Source: a virus (taxonomy: Duplodnaviria; Heunggongvirae; Uroviricota; Caudoviricetes). From it: DNA of 64,000 nucleotides. Under the pieces are notes generated by a model. It was not told the DNA's origin, did not search any database, and saw only the letters and a list, made by a program, of their open reading frames with translations. Positions 49,167-59,246 of the stretch are shown in pieces. A program made the position numbers and the translations under genes. Each line of letters starts with the position of its first letter. Positions within the stretch are counted from its first letter, which is position 1. The stretch lies in IMG/VR virus record IMGVR_UViG_2029527006_000005; one strand, given 5' to 3'.

Positions 49167-51899
49167 TTAATGCCAACGTGTTCCTGTTCCTGAAGGGACT
49201 CCAGAACTCGCAGGGATTGCTGACCCACGTTTGGTAACGCTTGGTCTGTATGTTAGGAAACGTGTAACTTTTTCCGTAGTGATGGTATCAATACTTGTTG
49301 CACCAGTTACTATAGTACCAATGAAGCAATCTGTCAAGGACTCTGTGAGAAGAGTTGTTGATATGACATATGTTGCTTTTTTAGTTACTCGGTCCATCCG
49401 TACATAAAGATAAAACGTTGTATTGGCTGGGTTAGGTTTAATCGTTGTTAGATTATACGATACCGGGGCAATCTTGTCAAATATACCACCTAAGAAAACT
49501 GGAACTTCTTGTGTTATATACACATTAAATCCTTGTGGAACTTCCTGTGCTGCAACTACAATTCTATCCGTTACCGAACCAGTGTTTGCTATCATACCAT
49601 CCATTTGTGCTTCAGATGTTCCATAAAGCCCAAATACGGATTTGGTCGCTGAATCACTCCATGAATGATCATATATACCAAACCCAACTCCCGGTAGTAC
49701 TCCCGGTTCGAACGAACCAGTTTGAACATATGATTGTTGTAATGTTCTACTACTTTGTATTGTACCACTTTTAATTTTACCAATAAAGCAATACCATGTG
49801 GTATTTGCTGGAACGTTAAAACCATGAACACTACTAACACCAATGTAATTAAAACCACTAAATTTAGCAATTGTTAATCCATTAAATCTTCGAGTAACAT
49901 CATTAGAAGTAACATCAGTTACATTACTATAACCATTAGAGACAGAAGTACTAATAACACTACCACCAGTAATTGCATTTGAACTCAAGGTCAAAGCTAC
50001 TTCTGCTGTTATGATAGATCCTACGTTTGTATTACTTCTAGATTTCACAACAGCAATTGAATTACCAAATGATGAATCTGGAACATAAAAAATAGTTATT
50101 AAACTTTTGGTTAAATTTGTTAACCCAGCATTTGATATAATAGAATTTTTTAAATTCTGCATAACGGTGTTTGTCATCGTATAACTATTATCAAAAACTC
50201 CAGTACTAGTATTATACTTCCCTTGTGCTGGCTTTGTATATCCTTCAATGAAAGAAGAAGCATATGCACTAACATCACCATTTGCTTCAATCAATGAAAT
50301 CATAGCAGTGTATTGTTCAGTACTTGCACCCGAACCAATAATAGAACGTGTTTGTGGTTCATAACCAGTAAGAGTTCCATGTAGGATTGAATTATAAGTA
50401 TAGGTTCTTGTACTTCCTAATGTGGTAGTACTGTAAGAACTGTACGATGTTGTATTACCATTTTCTGTACCAGCACATGCAAGTACTAATTTGTTTTTAG
50501 TTAAGAATCTAACACCTAATAAGTTTTCACCAATTCCTGAACCAAATATAGGGTTAATATTTGCTGATTGTCTAGATGCAGTACGGGTAACTAAATTCCA
50601 TGAATTGTATGTATCAGTTTGATTAACACTAGCAGTAGAAAGTCCATATGTCGGACCAGATGACCATCTTGATTTATTACTAACAACGAAACCATCACTA
50701 GTTTGGCAAACACTACCAGTATTACCCAATGACAAACCATAACCTGTAATATTAACGGTATCAATTTGATATGGATCGACACGTGTAAAGTTTGTTCCAC
50801 CAGCATCAGCCGAAATTGAAATCGTATTACCCACTGTTTGATCATATGTTATTGTTTTAGTACTAATATTGTAGACGAAGCTAAACCCACTACCAAGCAT
50901 ATTTGTAACAGAAGTATCTGTTAATGCACGAGTACTGAACCATATTGCAACGCGAACTGAAGTATTATCACTATTTGGAACACAATATAAATTATATCTT
51001 TCCAAATTCTGCCAGTTTTCAACATTATTAATATTATTATTGATTGTATACAACGAAGGATCTGAAGAACTAAAACTACTATACATATCCCATATTCTAA
51101 TATTTGTACTATTAGTGTATGCGGTATTTCTTACTGTTTTACCATTATATCCAGTTACACGTGTCATGGAATTGATATTTCCAGCACGAATACTTGCCAC
51201 CGGAACGGTATATAGCACTAGAGCATATCCATTGTTTGTAACAGTTGTATCTTTACCCCAAATGAATACATTCGAGCCAATAACTGACGCATTTACTGGA
51301 TCAAAGTTTGTAAAAGTACTAACCGGGAATTGTGCCGATTGGTGAGATACAATACTTAAAGTACTATTTGTTAATGCTAATATGTAGGTATCACCAGAAG
51401 TTCCACCTGTTGTTTTGTAAAATAATATATCATATGCATTTGATGCATAGAATTGGCTTATTTCTTGATTAGCTGTGAATATAGAAGGTCGATATTCGGT
51501 ATTTGTGGTAACAACATCACTTTGTTGTAATCCTGAAATAGAACGAATATTTCTAACATAAGTGTAATAATATCCATATGTACTACCATTTGTACCAGAA
51601 CGTAGATATACACATGTACCATCATCTTCAAGGATAATTGGTTGTAAGTATTTTATGTACGAATAGTTAGATGCACCAGTGAAAGAACCACTTACGTTCA
51701 CAGGTAGATAATCCATTGTACCAATACGGGATACTGGAAGCATCCCTAGTATAGTGTCAATTTCATCTTTTCGATAATATGGATAATCAACATTACCGTT
51801 TGCATCAGCACCGATTCCGTTGAATGTGCGAAATGTGTTTCTATCGTTTACTTGTAGGTTTCCTGAAACTTCAAGGTTACCATATATTTTCTTTGACAT
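49167..51899 (-). CDS. Large virion fibre-like protein (paralog A)
   Basis: S/T/N-rich; shares N- and C-terminal modules with its two neighbours. Confidence 0.7.
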   Translation of the reverse strand: MSKKIYGNLEVSGNLQVNDRNTFRTFNGIGADANGNVDYPYYRKDEIDTILGMLPVSRIGTMDYLPVNVSGSFTGASNYSYIKYLQPIILEDDGTCVYLRSGTNGSTYGYYYTYVRNIRSISGLQQSDVVTTNTEYRPSIFTANQEISQFYASNAYDILFYKTTGGTSGDTYILALTNSTLSIVSHQSAQFPVSTFTNFDPVNASVIGSNVFIWGKDTTVTNNGYALVLYTVPVASIRAGNINSMTRVTGYNGKTVRNTAYTNSTNIRIWDMYSSFSSSDPSLYTINNNINNVENWQNLERYNLYCVPNSDNTSVRVAIWFSTRALTDTSVTNMLGSGFSFVYNISTKTITYDQTVGNTISISADAGGTNFTRVDPYQIDTVNITGYGLSLGNTGSVCQTSDGFVVSNKSRWSSGPTYGLSTASVNQTDTYNSWNLVTRTASRQSANINPIFGSGIGENLLGVRFLTKNKLVLACAGTENGNTTSYSSYSTTTLGSTRTYTYNSILHGTLTGYEPQTRSIIGSGASTEQYTAMISLIEANGDVSAYASSFIEGYTKPAQGKYNTSTGVFDNSYTMTNTVMQNLKNSIISNAGLTNLTKSLITIFYVPDSSFGNSIAVVKSRSNTNVGSIITAEVALTLSSNAITGGSVISTSVSNGYSNVTDVTSNDVTRRFNGLTIAKFSGFNYIGVSSVHGFNVPANTTWYCFIGKIKSGTIQSSRTLQQSYVQTGSFEPGVLPGVGFGIYDHSWSDSATKSVFGLYGTSEAQMDGMIANTGSVTDRIVVAAQEVPQGFNVYITQEVPVFLGGIFDKIAPVSYNLTTIKPNPANTTFYLYVRMDRVTKKATYVISTTLLTESLTDCFIGTIVTGATSIDTITTEKVTRFLTYRPSVTKRGSAIPASSGVPSGTGTRWH

Positions 51900-51907
51900 A
51901 ATATTCC

Positions 51908-52498
51908 TTACCAATTAATTGAGCCAGTCTGTGCTGGGTTACCAGTACTAACAGGGAATGCCGCACCGATTTTTGTAGTACTCGGACGATATGTACCAAA
52001 TCTCGAAACTTTTGAAATTGAGTTCGATGTTACCTGAGTAGCATTAGTAGTTATCTTTCCGACAAACATACAAACTTCAGTTTCACTTTGTTCACGAATT
52101 GAGAAATCATATGTCGGTTCACCTTGTTCTAATTTGACGTAAACGCAAAACGTCTGGTTTGTTGCAGGTGTATTATATAGTGCTAAATTATATGATGCTA
52201 TCGGCATATAAGTTAAAGAACCCGCCATAAACATCGGAATAGCTTTATTGAATGTTAAAACTAAACCACTGCTTGTTATATTAAATGATGAACTGTCGTA
52301 TAAATCACCGAACTGACTTAATGGCAGTTCGCGTAAAATATAGTTAGCATCATCTTTTGTTACTAACGGGACCGAAATGGCCCCATTAGTGTTTGCATAG
52401 TAGGTTCCCGTATTTGTAGTAATGGACAACCCTGTATTTTTATTTTGTACAACAATGTTTTTTGCTGCGTTAACATGTGCCTTTATAACAAATGCCAT
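51908..52498 (-). CDS. Short virion fibre-like protein (paralog B)
   Basis: Consists mostly of the shared terminal modules. Confidence 0.65.
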   Translation of the reverse strand: MAFVIKAHVNAAKNIVVQNKNTGLSITTNTGTYYANTNGAISVPLVTKDDANYILRELPLSQFGDLYDSSSFNITSSGLVLTFNKAIPMFMAGSLTYMPIASYNLALYNTPATNQTFCVYVKLEQGEPTYDFSIREQSETEVCMFVGKITTNATQVTSNSISKVSRFGTYRPSTTKIGAAFPVSTGNPAQTGSINW

Positions 52499-52508
52499 TT
52501 TAGTCTCC

Positions 52509-55190
52509 TTACCAATTTATTGTACCATTTCCAGATGGCATACCATAACTCACAGGGAATGAAGATCCTGCGGCTTCTAACGATTCACCAAATACATCAA
52601 GTCTCGAACGCTTCTTAACATTAATACTAGATATTTGTGTACTATTAGTTTGAATTGTACCAATCCAGAAAACGTTATATGCTGAGGTTCCTGTTTCAGC
52701 AATTACATCTTCGGTTATATGATATTTTGCAATTCCTTGCTCCATTCGTACATATAAATGGAATGTTGTATTTGCTGGATTAGCTTTTACTGTTCTCAAA
52801 TCAATATTCTGTATTGGCATTGTGAATGACTTACCACTTAACATAACTGGTGTTTCTTCAGTGAAGTACACGATAAATCCTTGTGCAACATCTTGTGAAA
52901 CTACAACAATTGGGCTACCTTGAGCAGTCCAGTTTGTGTACTCAGATAATGTAGTACCAGTTTTTGTAAATACAACTTTTGTCGCAGAGTCCACACTTGA
53001 CATATATCCAAAACCAATCCCCGGTAATGCCGCTGGCATTAAACCCATTACGTTTGATGTATAAGAACCATTTGTGTTGAAATTAGTAAACTGTTGAGTA
53101 GTTTTATCGACTGTTGCTCTCCATGCAAAACTAATATCATTGCCTACTGTAACACGAATTAATGGATCAGAACCACCAATAAAATAGAATGTTCCTGCAT
53201 CATAAATTGTAATACCTGCACTTACTGATCTAGTACTCGCAGTGTTTGTTTGTGACAAATCAGTTTGCAATACACCTTCTTGTACTAAACGTTTAAAAGA
53301 TATTGATGTAATGGAAGTTCTGGAATTCACGTTAACTTCGACAACTCGGTAATAATAATCACGTGTTGTTGTACCAGCAGACAAATATAAAAATGCAGGA
53401 ATGTTAGTCTGTTGTGGAACATACAATACCGCATTTTTTGATGATGTTGTTGATAGTGCCGTTGTTACTTTTGCAAATTCAGAATTTTTAATATTATTAA
53501 ATGCTGTTGCATCAACTGAAATTGAACCAGTACTGTTCATTGAACTATCATAAGTTAATGGAGTGGTTTCTCTTACACCTTGTATAAAAATACCACCATT
53601 AGTAGTAACAGTACTACCGCTAATTGAACTAATTAAAATCATTTTGTTGGCATTGTAATTATAACTATTTCTATTCACAGTAGGTTCATAACCTTGTAGT
53701 GTACCATATGTTGTGGATTTAAATGTAAAATTAGGTGTAGCTTTATGTTCAGCAGTTGAAAATACAGAAGAACCATTCCCACTAATTGACATTTGTTTTG
53801 TAGTATTGTTTGGAAGTAATTCTACTCCAGTTGTATTTTGACCAATAGGTGAACCATAGGATTCATTCATCTGGCCTATTCTGAAATTAATATTTGGATT
53901 TGCTTTCCAGTTCAACATATTGTATGGTGTTACTTCAGTACTATAACCAGCTACTTGAACATACGGAGGTCTACCTAAGTTTGGAGTACTAACACATATT
54001 ACTTGATTTAATGAAGTGTACTCATATGTATTTCCTAAGTTAGCACCACCGTTATGATAGTAAATATCAGTATTTTTGACAACATTCCCACTTGCAACTA
54101 ACGCACTTCCTGTATTGGTTATTGTTAGAGATGCCCCTGTTACATAACCTGAATCAATAGCTACCGCTTTTGTAGTTGGGTTAATTACAAAACTCAATCC
54201 GTGCTGAGGACGAACATTATAACTTGATGTAGAAGCCCAAGCGTCACCATTTAAGCGAATACGTATGTTTCCTGATGCTTTATCCTGAATTCCATAAACG
54301 TCATATGCAACCATGAATGGTACGTTAGCATTTAGACCCGCTGGAACCAACATGTATGGTTGATTAGCCGCATCTGAATCGACTAGTTTATCACAAAGTC
54401 TGATTGTACTCGCCCCCGCTGTATTGGTATATAGTAAGTTACCATTCCATCCTGTTAATTGTGCTGAAGTAAAAGTACCTGCACTTTCATTGAATAAAAT
54501 TCTAACTATACCGAAATTCACATTAGGGGTAGTATTCAATTCTACATAGTAAATGTAGCCATCTTCGCCTAAAAATACGTTTTCGAGAGTCCCGCCATTT
54601 GGACACACTGTGGTAGCTGGTACGATAAAACCATTATGTTGTGTATCATCTAATGTTCCTTTAGTTAATGATGTGAAAAATGTACCATCATTATTTCCAG
54701 TATCTCCGGTTTGCATGGAACCGCATACAATACCACGGTTTGAACTAATAATAGACAACGCATACTTACCTGATGGGAAATATCCCGGATGATAAACTTT
54801 ATTTGTGTTTATAGAAGAAGTCAAATTTGTTGTGTTTAATACATTTGGTAGATACGAATAATAAACACCAACTGTACCACCATTCGTACCGGGACGAAGT
54901 GCTACCATAGTACCGTCATCTTCTAATAGAATCTTTATTCTACGATAGCTAGCGTTTTCAGATGCACCAACGAAGTCACCTGAAACACCAGCAGGTAGGT
55001 AGTTGTGTGTACCATAGTGTGATAATGGAAGAGTACTTATAATATCTTCTAACTCTGCACGAGTATAACCATCAAGTACCATATTACCATTGGCATCAAA
55101 CAATGTACCGTCTATACTTTGTACTGTTCTTAGGCCAGAAGCGAACGCTTGGTGTGTAACGTTATAGCCTCCATAAATTCTTTTTGTCAT
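52509..55190 (-). CDS. Large virion fibre-like protein (paralog C)
   Basis: LPLSHYG..YLP..VSG.F.GAS, LEDDGT, GTNG shared with paralog A; late box at 55223-55228. Confidence 0.7.
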   Translation of the reverse strand: MTKRIYGGYNVTHQAFASGLRTVQSIDGTLFDANGNMVLDGYTRAELEDIISTLPLSHYGTHNYLPAGVSGDFVGASENASYRRIKILLEDDGTMVALRPGTNGGTVGVYYSYLPNVLNTTNLTSSINTNKVYHPGYFPSGKYALSIISSNRGIVCGSMQTGDTGNNDGTFFTSLTKGTLDDTQHNGFIVPATTVCPNGGTLENVFLGEDGYIYYVELNTTPNVNFGIVRILFNESAGTFTSAQLTGWNGNLLYTNTAGASTIRLCDKLVDSDAANQPYMLVPAGLNANVPFMVAYDVYGIQDKASGNIRIRLNGDAWASTSSYNVRPQHGLSFVINPTTKAVAIDSGYVTGASLTITNTGSALVASGNVVKNTDIYYHNGGANLGNTYEYTSLNQVICVSTPNLGRPPYVQVAGYSTEVTPYNMLNWKANPNINFRIGQMNESYGSPIGQNTTGVELLPNNTTKQMSISGNGSSVFSTAEHKATPNFTFKSTTYGTLQGYEPTVNRNSYNYNANKMILISSISGSTVTTNGGIFIQGVRETTPLTYDSSMNSTGSISVDATAFNNIKNSEFAKVTTALSTTSSKNAVLYVPQQTNIPAFLYLSAGTTTRDYYYRVVEVNVNSRTSITSISFKRLVQEGVLQTDLSQTNTASTRSVSAGITIYDAGTFYFIGGSDPLIRVTVGNDISFAWRATVDKTTQQFTNFNTNGSYTSNVMGLMPAALPGIGFGYMSSVDSATKVVFTKTGTTLSEYTNWTAQGSPIVVVSQDVAQGFIVYFTEETPVMLSGKSFTMPIQNIDLRTVKANPANTTFHLYVRMEQGIAKYHITEDVIAETGTSAYNVFWIGTIQTNSTQISSINVKKRSRLDVFGESLEAAGSSFPVSYGMPSGNGTINW

Positions 55191-55231
55191 TTTATATCCC
55201 TTTAGTTAGATATCCATTATTATATTTATGT

Positions 55232-55263
55232 ACAAAACAAAAAAGCACCCATAGGGTGCTTTT
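55232..55263. repeat. Terminator-containing direct repeat downstream of nrdG
   Basis: acaaaacaaaaaagcacccatagggtgctttt. Confidence 0.75.
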
Positions 55264-55264
55264 G

Positions 55265-55735
55265 TTAGAAATCTGTACCTTTTCTTAGTACTCTTTGGTT
55301 ATTTGAACCTCTGAAGGGTAAATTCAAATTCTTTTCCTCTTGAATGAATTTTCCATCAATCAGTACATCAATGTACTTTAAAAGTGGTAGTGCATGGTTG
55401 TTCTGAACTTCCTCTAATGTATATCCGGTCCAGCACCAAATGTCTTTATCTGGGAATATTGTCTTTGCTTTAGCACAAAGTTGAAGTACTGTATCAATAT
55501 TCTTTTTCATTAGTGGATCACCACCAAGTAAGGACAATCCTGAAACGTAAGACTTACTTAGTTCAATTAGAATCTGGTCTTCAGTACTGGCAGTATATTC
55601 AGAACCACTCCTGTAATCCCATGCTTTTTCATTGAAACAGCCCGGACAACCATGACTGCATCCTGAAACGAAGAGAGAGCATCGAATGCCCTCTCCATTA
55701 ACTAAATCATCTTTAATGATAGTTTCGTAATTCAT
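55265..55735 (-). CDS. nrdG: Anaerobic ribonucleotide reductase activase
   Basis: NGEGIRCSLFVSGCSHGCPGCFN, LGGDPL, WTGY, DVLIDGKF, RGSNNQR. Confidence 0.97.
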   Translation of the reverse strand: MNYETIIKDDLVNGEGIRCSLFVSGCSHGCPGCFNEKAWDYRSGSEYTASTEDQILIELSKSYVSGLSLLGGDPLMKKNIDTVLQLCAKAKTIFPDKDIWCWTGYTLEEVQNNHALPLLKYIDVLIDGKFIQEEKNLNLPFRGSNNQRVLRKGTDF

Positions 55736-55742
55736 TTATACC

Positions 55743-57551
55743 TCAATTAGTATGTTTTGTACGTTCAGTACATTCTTGTTGTTTACCTTTATTAAAGCCT
55801 CTTGATGATGGATTTCCCAAATACCCTGATACTCTACGGATAACTGACATTGTTTTGTCATTTCTGTTATTACAACTTGGACAATGGAATCCATCACGAT
55901 CAACAGCAAACTCACCCTCAAAGGAACATGCATAGCACTTGTCAACTGGTTGGTTAATACCAAAGTACGGCACTCTGAAATAAGCATAGTCAACCAACGC
56001 TTCTAGTGCTTTTAGGTTGTTTTTAAGGTTAGGTGTCTCAACGTAACTAATGTTACCTCCGTTGCTCAAGTAAGCAAAATCTTCTTCGTAGTTCCACTTC
56101 TCGAATGGTGTACTCTCAACCCATACTGGTTGGTGGAATGAGTTGGTAATGTAGTCGCGTTTGAGTACTGAAGGGAATTTACCCTCAATTGCACGTGCAA
56201 ACTTGTAACAAAGGCTCTCTGCTGGTGTACCGTAAAGACTGAAAGCTAAACGGCTTTGTGTTGAGAAGTCTTTACATTTTGTCTTCATGTAACTTAGAAT
56301 AGAAGTACAGAAGGTTTTGTCAATGTTTCCTTTAAGAATCTCACTGCACTCTGCTAAACCGACATACCCAATGCTAATACTAGCATATCCATCATAGAAT
56401 AGCTGTTCGATTGTATCCTCTGGATCTAACCTTGCAAGTACTCCTTCGGTGAATAGGATTGGGTTTTGTTTTGCTTTCATACTCTTTAAACGCTCTACAC
56501 GGTTCATCTGAGCACGATACGCCATTTGCATATGTTGGTCTATCTTAGTATAGAAATCGCCGTCAGAGGCCGATTCAAGGGCTAATAATGGAAGATTAAT
56601 GCTTACAACGCCAAGGTTGAAACGTCCATTGTATTGTTCAACTTCTTCTTTGTTTTCCCAACGACTAAGGAAGGAACGACAGCCCATAGGTGTAACTGCT
56701 TCTGAAGTACTACCAGTTACTTTACGGTTCAAAGGTACGGAAACGAAGTCTGGGTAGATGCGTTTAGCTGCACATTGAAGGGCTTTCTGTTTTAAATCAT
56801 AATTCACATCAGTACTGTTCATGTTCGTTCCTTGCTCTAGGAAGAACACAACTTTAGGAAACACTGGTGTGCTTCCATCAATCCCTAAACCATTTTCGTG
56901 CACATCAAGATATGCCTCGGTAATCATTCTACCGAACTTTGTAGTACTCAAACCTAGGCTTAATGTAACAAATGGTGTTTGACCGTTGCTTGATGTTATT
57001 GTGTTCACTTGATATAGAAGTGCTTGCATTGCATCATAGACTTCTTTACGTAATGAGTACTCAACGTATTCATCGCTGAGGTTAAATTCTTTTTGTAGTT
57101 TTAGTAGTTTTTGATACGATTTCTCTACATATGGCTCTAAACCGCGATCAATGTGCGGTAGAGACTGTCCACCGTATTGACTAGCTGAAACAGCTAAAAC
57201 GATTTGTGTTAGTACTGTACTTGCTACACCAATACTATTTGGCGAACCTACTTGTGCGTTTCCTATTTTGAAACCACGTTTAAGCATGTCCTCATAATTA
57301 ACTAAACAACAGTTAGTAAGAGGGCTAATGTAGTAATCTAAGTCATGAATGTGACCATATCCATCTTTATGCCATTGCATTAAATCATCAGCAACAACAT
57401 CCTCCGCGTAGTGTTTGGAAAGGATACCTGCAAGTAAATCACGATGCGTGTTAACTATCTTGGCATCTTTATTTGCATTCTCATTTAGTAGATCTTGATT
57501 ACTTTGGTTCAAGAAATTGGTTACATCATTGTATAAATTATCATTTTTCAT
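55743..57551 (-). CDS. nrdD: Anaerobic (class III) ribonucleotide reductase, no ATP cone
   Basis: ENANKD, HIHDLD, NCCL, GQTPF, MGCRSFL, PAESL, RRVSGYL glycyl-radical site. Confidence 0.97.
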   Translation of the reverse strand: MKNDNLYNDVTNFLNQSNQDLLNENANKDAKIVNTHRDLLAGILSKHYAEDVVADDLMQWHKDGYGHIHDLDYYISPLTNCCLVNYEDMLKRGFKIGNAQVGSPNSIGVASTVLTQIVLAVSASQYGGQSLPHIDRGLEPYVEKSYQKLLKLQKEFNLSDEYVEYSLRKEVYDAMQALLYQVNTITSSNGQTPFVTLSLGLSTTKFGRMITEAYLDVHENGLGIDGSTPVFPKVVFFLEQGTNMNSTDVNYDLKQKALQCAAKRIYPDFVSVPLNRKVTGSTSEAVTPMGCRSFLSRWENKEEVEQYNGRFNLGVVSINLPLLALESASDGDFYTKIDQHMQMAYRAQMNRVERLKSMKAKQNPILFTEGVLARLDPEDTIEQLFYDGYASISIGYVGLAECSEILKGNIDKTFCTSILSYMKTKCKDFSTQSRLAFSLYGTPAESLCYKFARAIEGKFPSVLKRDYITNSFHQPVWVESTPFEKWNYEEDFAYLSNGGNISYVETPNLKNNLKALEALVDYAYFRVPYFGINQPVDKCYACSFEGEFAVDRDGFHCPSCNNRNDKTMSVIRRVSGYLGNPSSRGFNKGKQQECTERTKHTN

Positions 57552-57600
57552 TTAGACTCTCCGTGTCATATGGGTGAAATTATTTAGATAGTACCATTTT

Positions 57601-57629
57601 ATTATATCACATATAACCCGGTATGTCCC
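57601..57629 (-). promoter_or_regulatory. GGGACA-N17-TATAAT promoter (copy 6), nrdDG
   Basis: GGGACA taccgggttataTGTGa TATAAT. Confidence 0.8.
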
Positions 57630-57643
57630 TTGATCTGGATCAA
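57630..57643. promoter_or_regulatory. FNR box
   Basis: TTGAT-CTGG-ATCAA, perfect consensus, abutting the -35. Confidence 0.75.
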
Positions 57644-57670
57644 GGAAATGGCACATTGATGCTTAAGTGA

Positions 57671-57702
57671 ACAAACGAAAAAAAGCACCCTAGGGTGCTT
57701 TT
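57671..57702. repeat. Terminator-containing direct repeat upstream of nrdD
   Basis: acaaacgaaaaaaagcaccctagggtgctttt. Confidence 0.75.
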
Positions 57703-57703
57703 A

Positions 57704-58147
57704 TTACCACATTTGACAGTGTGGATGGTCATAAATTTCATCAAAGAAGTCAATAGTGTTGAGGAATTCCAATGCTGATTCTTTACTTTCGAACCGCATA
57801 AATTGATCACCATCATCACAACCTATGAACCATACACAGTACTTATGAGTACTAAAACGTTCTAGGAACTCATCTCGGTAGTATTCATGTTGAAGTGCTT
57901 GTTCTTCCCGCATACCTTTGTAAGTTGGTTTTTCATACCAACATTCCAAATCGGTCATTACCGTTTCATTGTACTCACCAAACACTGGTGATACACGTTC
58001 ACAAACTGGATTTAGAGCACTGTTAGCAACAGTATAATATCCGTGTTGGTCTGGGTCATCAACTAAAAGATATCCTAAAAAGTCTCTAGTACCCATCTTT
58101 TTATAGTATGGCTCAACCTGAATACTATTACTTTCTTGTAATAACAT
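57704..58147 (-). CDS. Hypothetical protein
   Basis: Coupled ORF; GCDD motif. Confidence 0.6.
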   Translation of the reverse strand: MLLQESNSIQVEPYYKKMGTRDFLGYLLVDDPDQHGYYTVANSALNPVCERVSPVFGEYNETVMTDLECWYEKPTYKGMREEQALQHEYYRDEFLERFSTHKYCVWFIGCDDGDQFMRFESKESALEFLNTIDFFDEIYDHPHCQMW

Positions 58148-58329
58148 TACTCGTCCTCAAATGGTGACCATTGGATAGTTACAATGAACTGACCTTCTTG
58201 GATACCATTTTCATCTTGTGGGATGTCAGCAACGAACTCATTGAAGCGTGAATCAAATGCTTCCACTACGTCACGTTGTACATCGTAGATGCTCTCACCA
58301 TCGTATTCTTTACTAAAGATTGTCTTCAT
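58147..58329 (-). CDS. Hypothetical protein
   Basis: Coupled small ORF. Confidence 0.6.
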   Translation of the reverse strand: MKTIFSKEYDGESIYDVQRDVVEAFDSRFNEFVADIPQDENGIQEGQFIVTIQWSPFEDE

Positions 58330-58883
58330 TTACGCACCTCGAATTTAAACATACTACCAAGGATTTCTAGAATCTTCTCTGGCATTTCTTCATGAGTGAA
58401 ACGAGTCATATCAAAGTAGTCAACATCTAGTTCGTGTAGCTTGTTCATAAAGATACGATCAAGATGTTTGGCTTCTTCTAGTGATTGAGTACGACCATAT
58501 TGGTCATATTGTGGTTTACGTGGTAGCAAGAACACTAGATTATCATCGTATTCATTGAAAAGATCAATTGATAGTTGAGTACTAAGATTCTTTGAATCCT
58601 TATAGAATTCATTATATACAACACCATTGAGTAATGAAGCATCACTAATAATGAAATCTACTTTACCTTGTAGGCGACGTAGACGGTGGTTCTGTTGTGC
58701 AGTAATTAGGATCTGATCGTGCATTGCACCTTTGTTTTCATCATACACATAGTCCTTAATGACTTCTGTAACGATTTCAACTTTCTGGTCAGATTTTAGT
58801 TTCATAGCTGCGAATAGTCCAGCGGCTGTAGTACTTTTACCACAGCATGGTCCACCTACTAGGTTAACAATTTTGGTTATCAT
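58326..58883 (-). CDS. P-loop kinase/ATPase (NadR-like AAA_28)
   Basis: NLVGGPCCGKST, IISDASLL, GRTQ..EA..LD. Confidence 0.8.
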   Translation of the reverse strand: MITKIVNLVGGPCCGKSTTAAGLFAAMKLKSDQKVEIVTEVIKDYVYDENKGAMHDQILITAQQNHRLRRLQGKVDFIISDASLLNGVVYNEFYKDSKNLSTQLSIDLFNEYDDNLVFLLPRKPQYDQYGRTQSLEEAKHLDRIFMNKLHELDVDYFDMTRFTHEEMPEKILEILGSMFKFEVRK

Positions 58884-59244
58884 CGATTAGGTTCTCCAAT
58901 ACTTTGTTTATTTTTGTTTGGTATACGGCAGCAATTTTCTGAACTTCTTGGTTGTACCATGACCGTGCTTCTTCTTCTGTATCGAAGACCCATACATATT
59001 CTACTGCACTAATAATTTTACCTTTCGAACTTTTAGCAACTAAGTACTGTAGATTCTTATCATTGTAGTACATTCCAGTACGGTAAGGTTTAGCTGGATC
59101 ATTGCGTTCTAAAGTGACTAAAGTTGGCTTTACATTACAAGCAGGAACAGAACGTAGTTTAGGATTGGCATAACCACTAATATAGAATGATTTGCCTAGT
59201 CCAATTTTTACTTGTACAAAATCACGAAGACATGCATATTGCAT
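58864..59244 (-). CDS. Hypothetical protein (paralog of next ORF)
   Basis: VKPT.V ... VFDTEEEA..WYNQEV. Confidence 0.6.
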   Translation of the reverse strand: MQYACLRDFVQVKIGLGKSFYISGYANPKLRSVPACNVKPTLVTLERNDPAKPYRTGMYYNDKNLQYLVAKSSKGKIISAVEYVWVFDTEEEARSWYNQEVQKIAAVYQTKINKVLENLIDDNQNC

Positions 59245-59246
59245 AA

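Noticed and set aside
57652-57672. Second FNR site or NrdR box upstream of nrdD
   Set aside because: Only a TTGAT half-site is present, and no convincing NrdR consensus.
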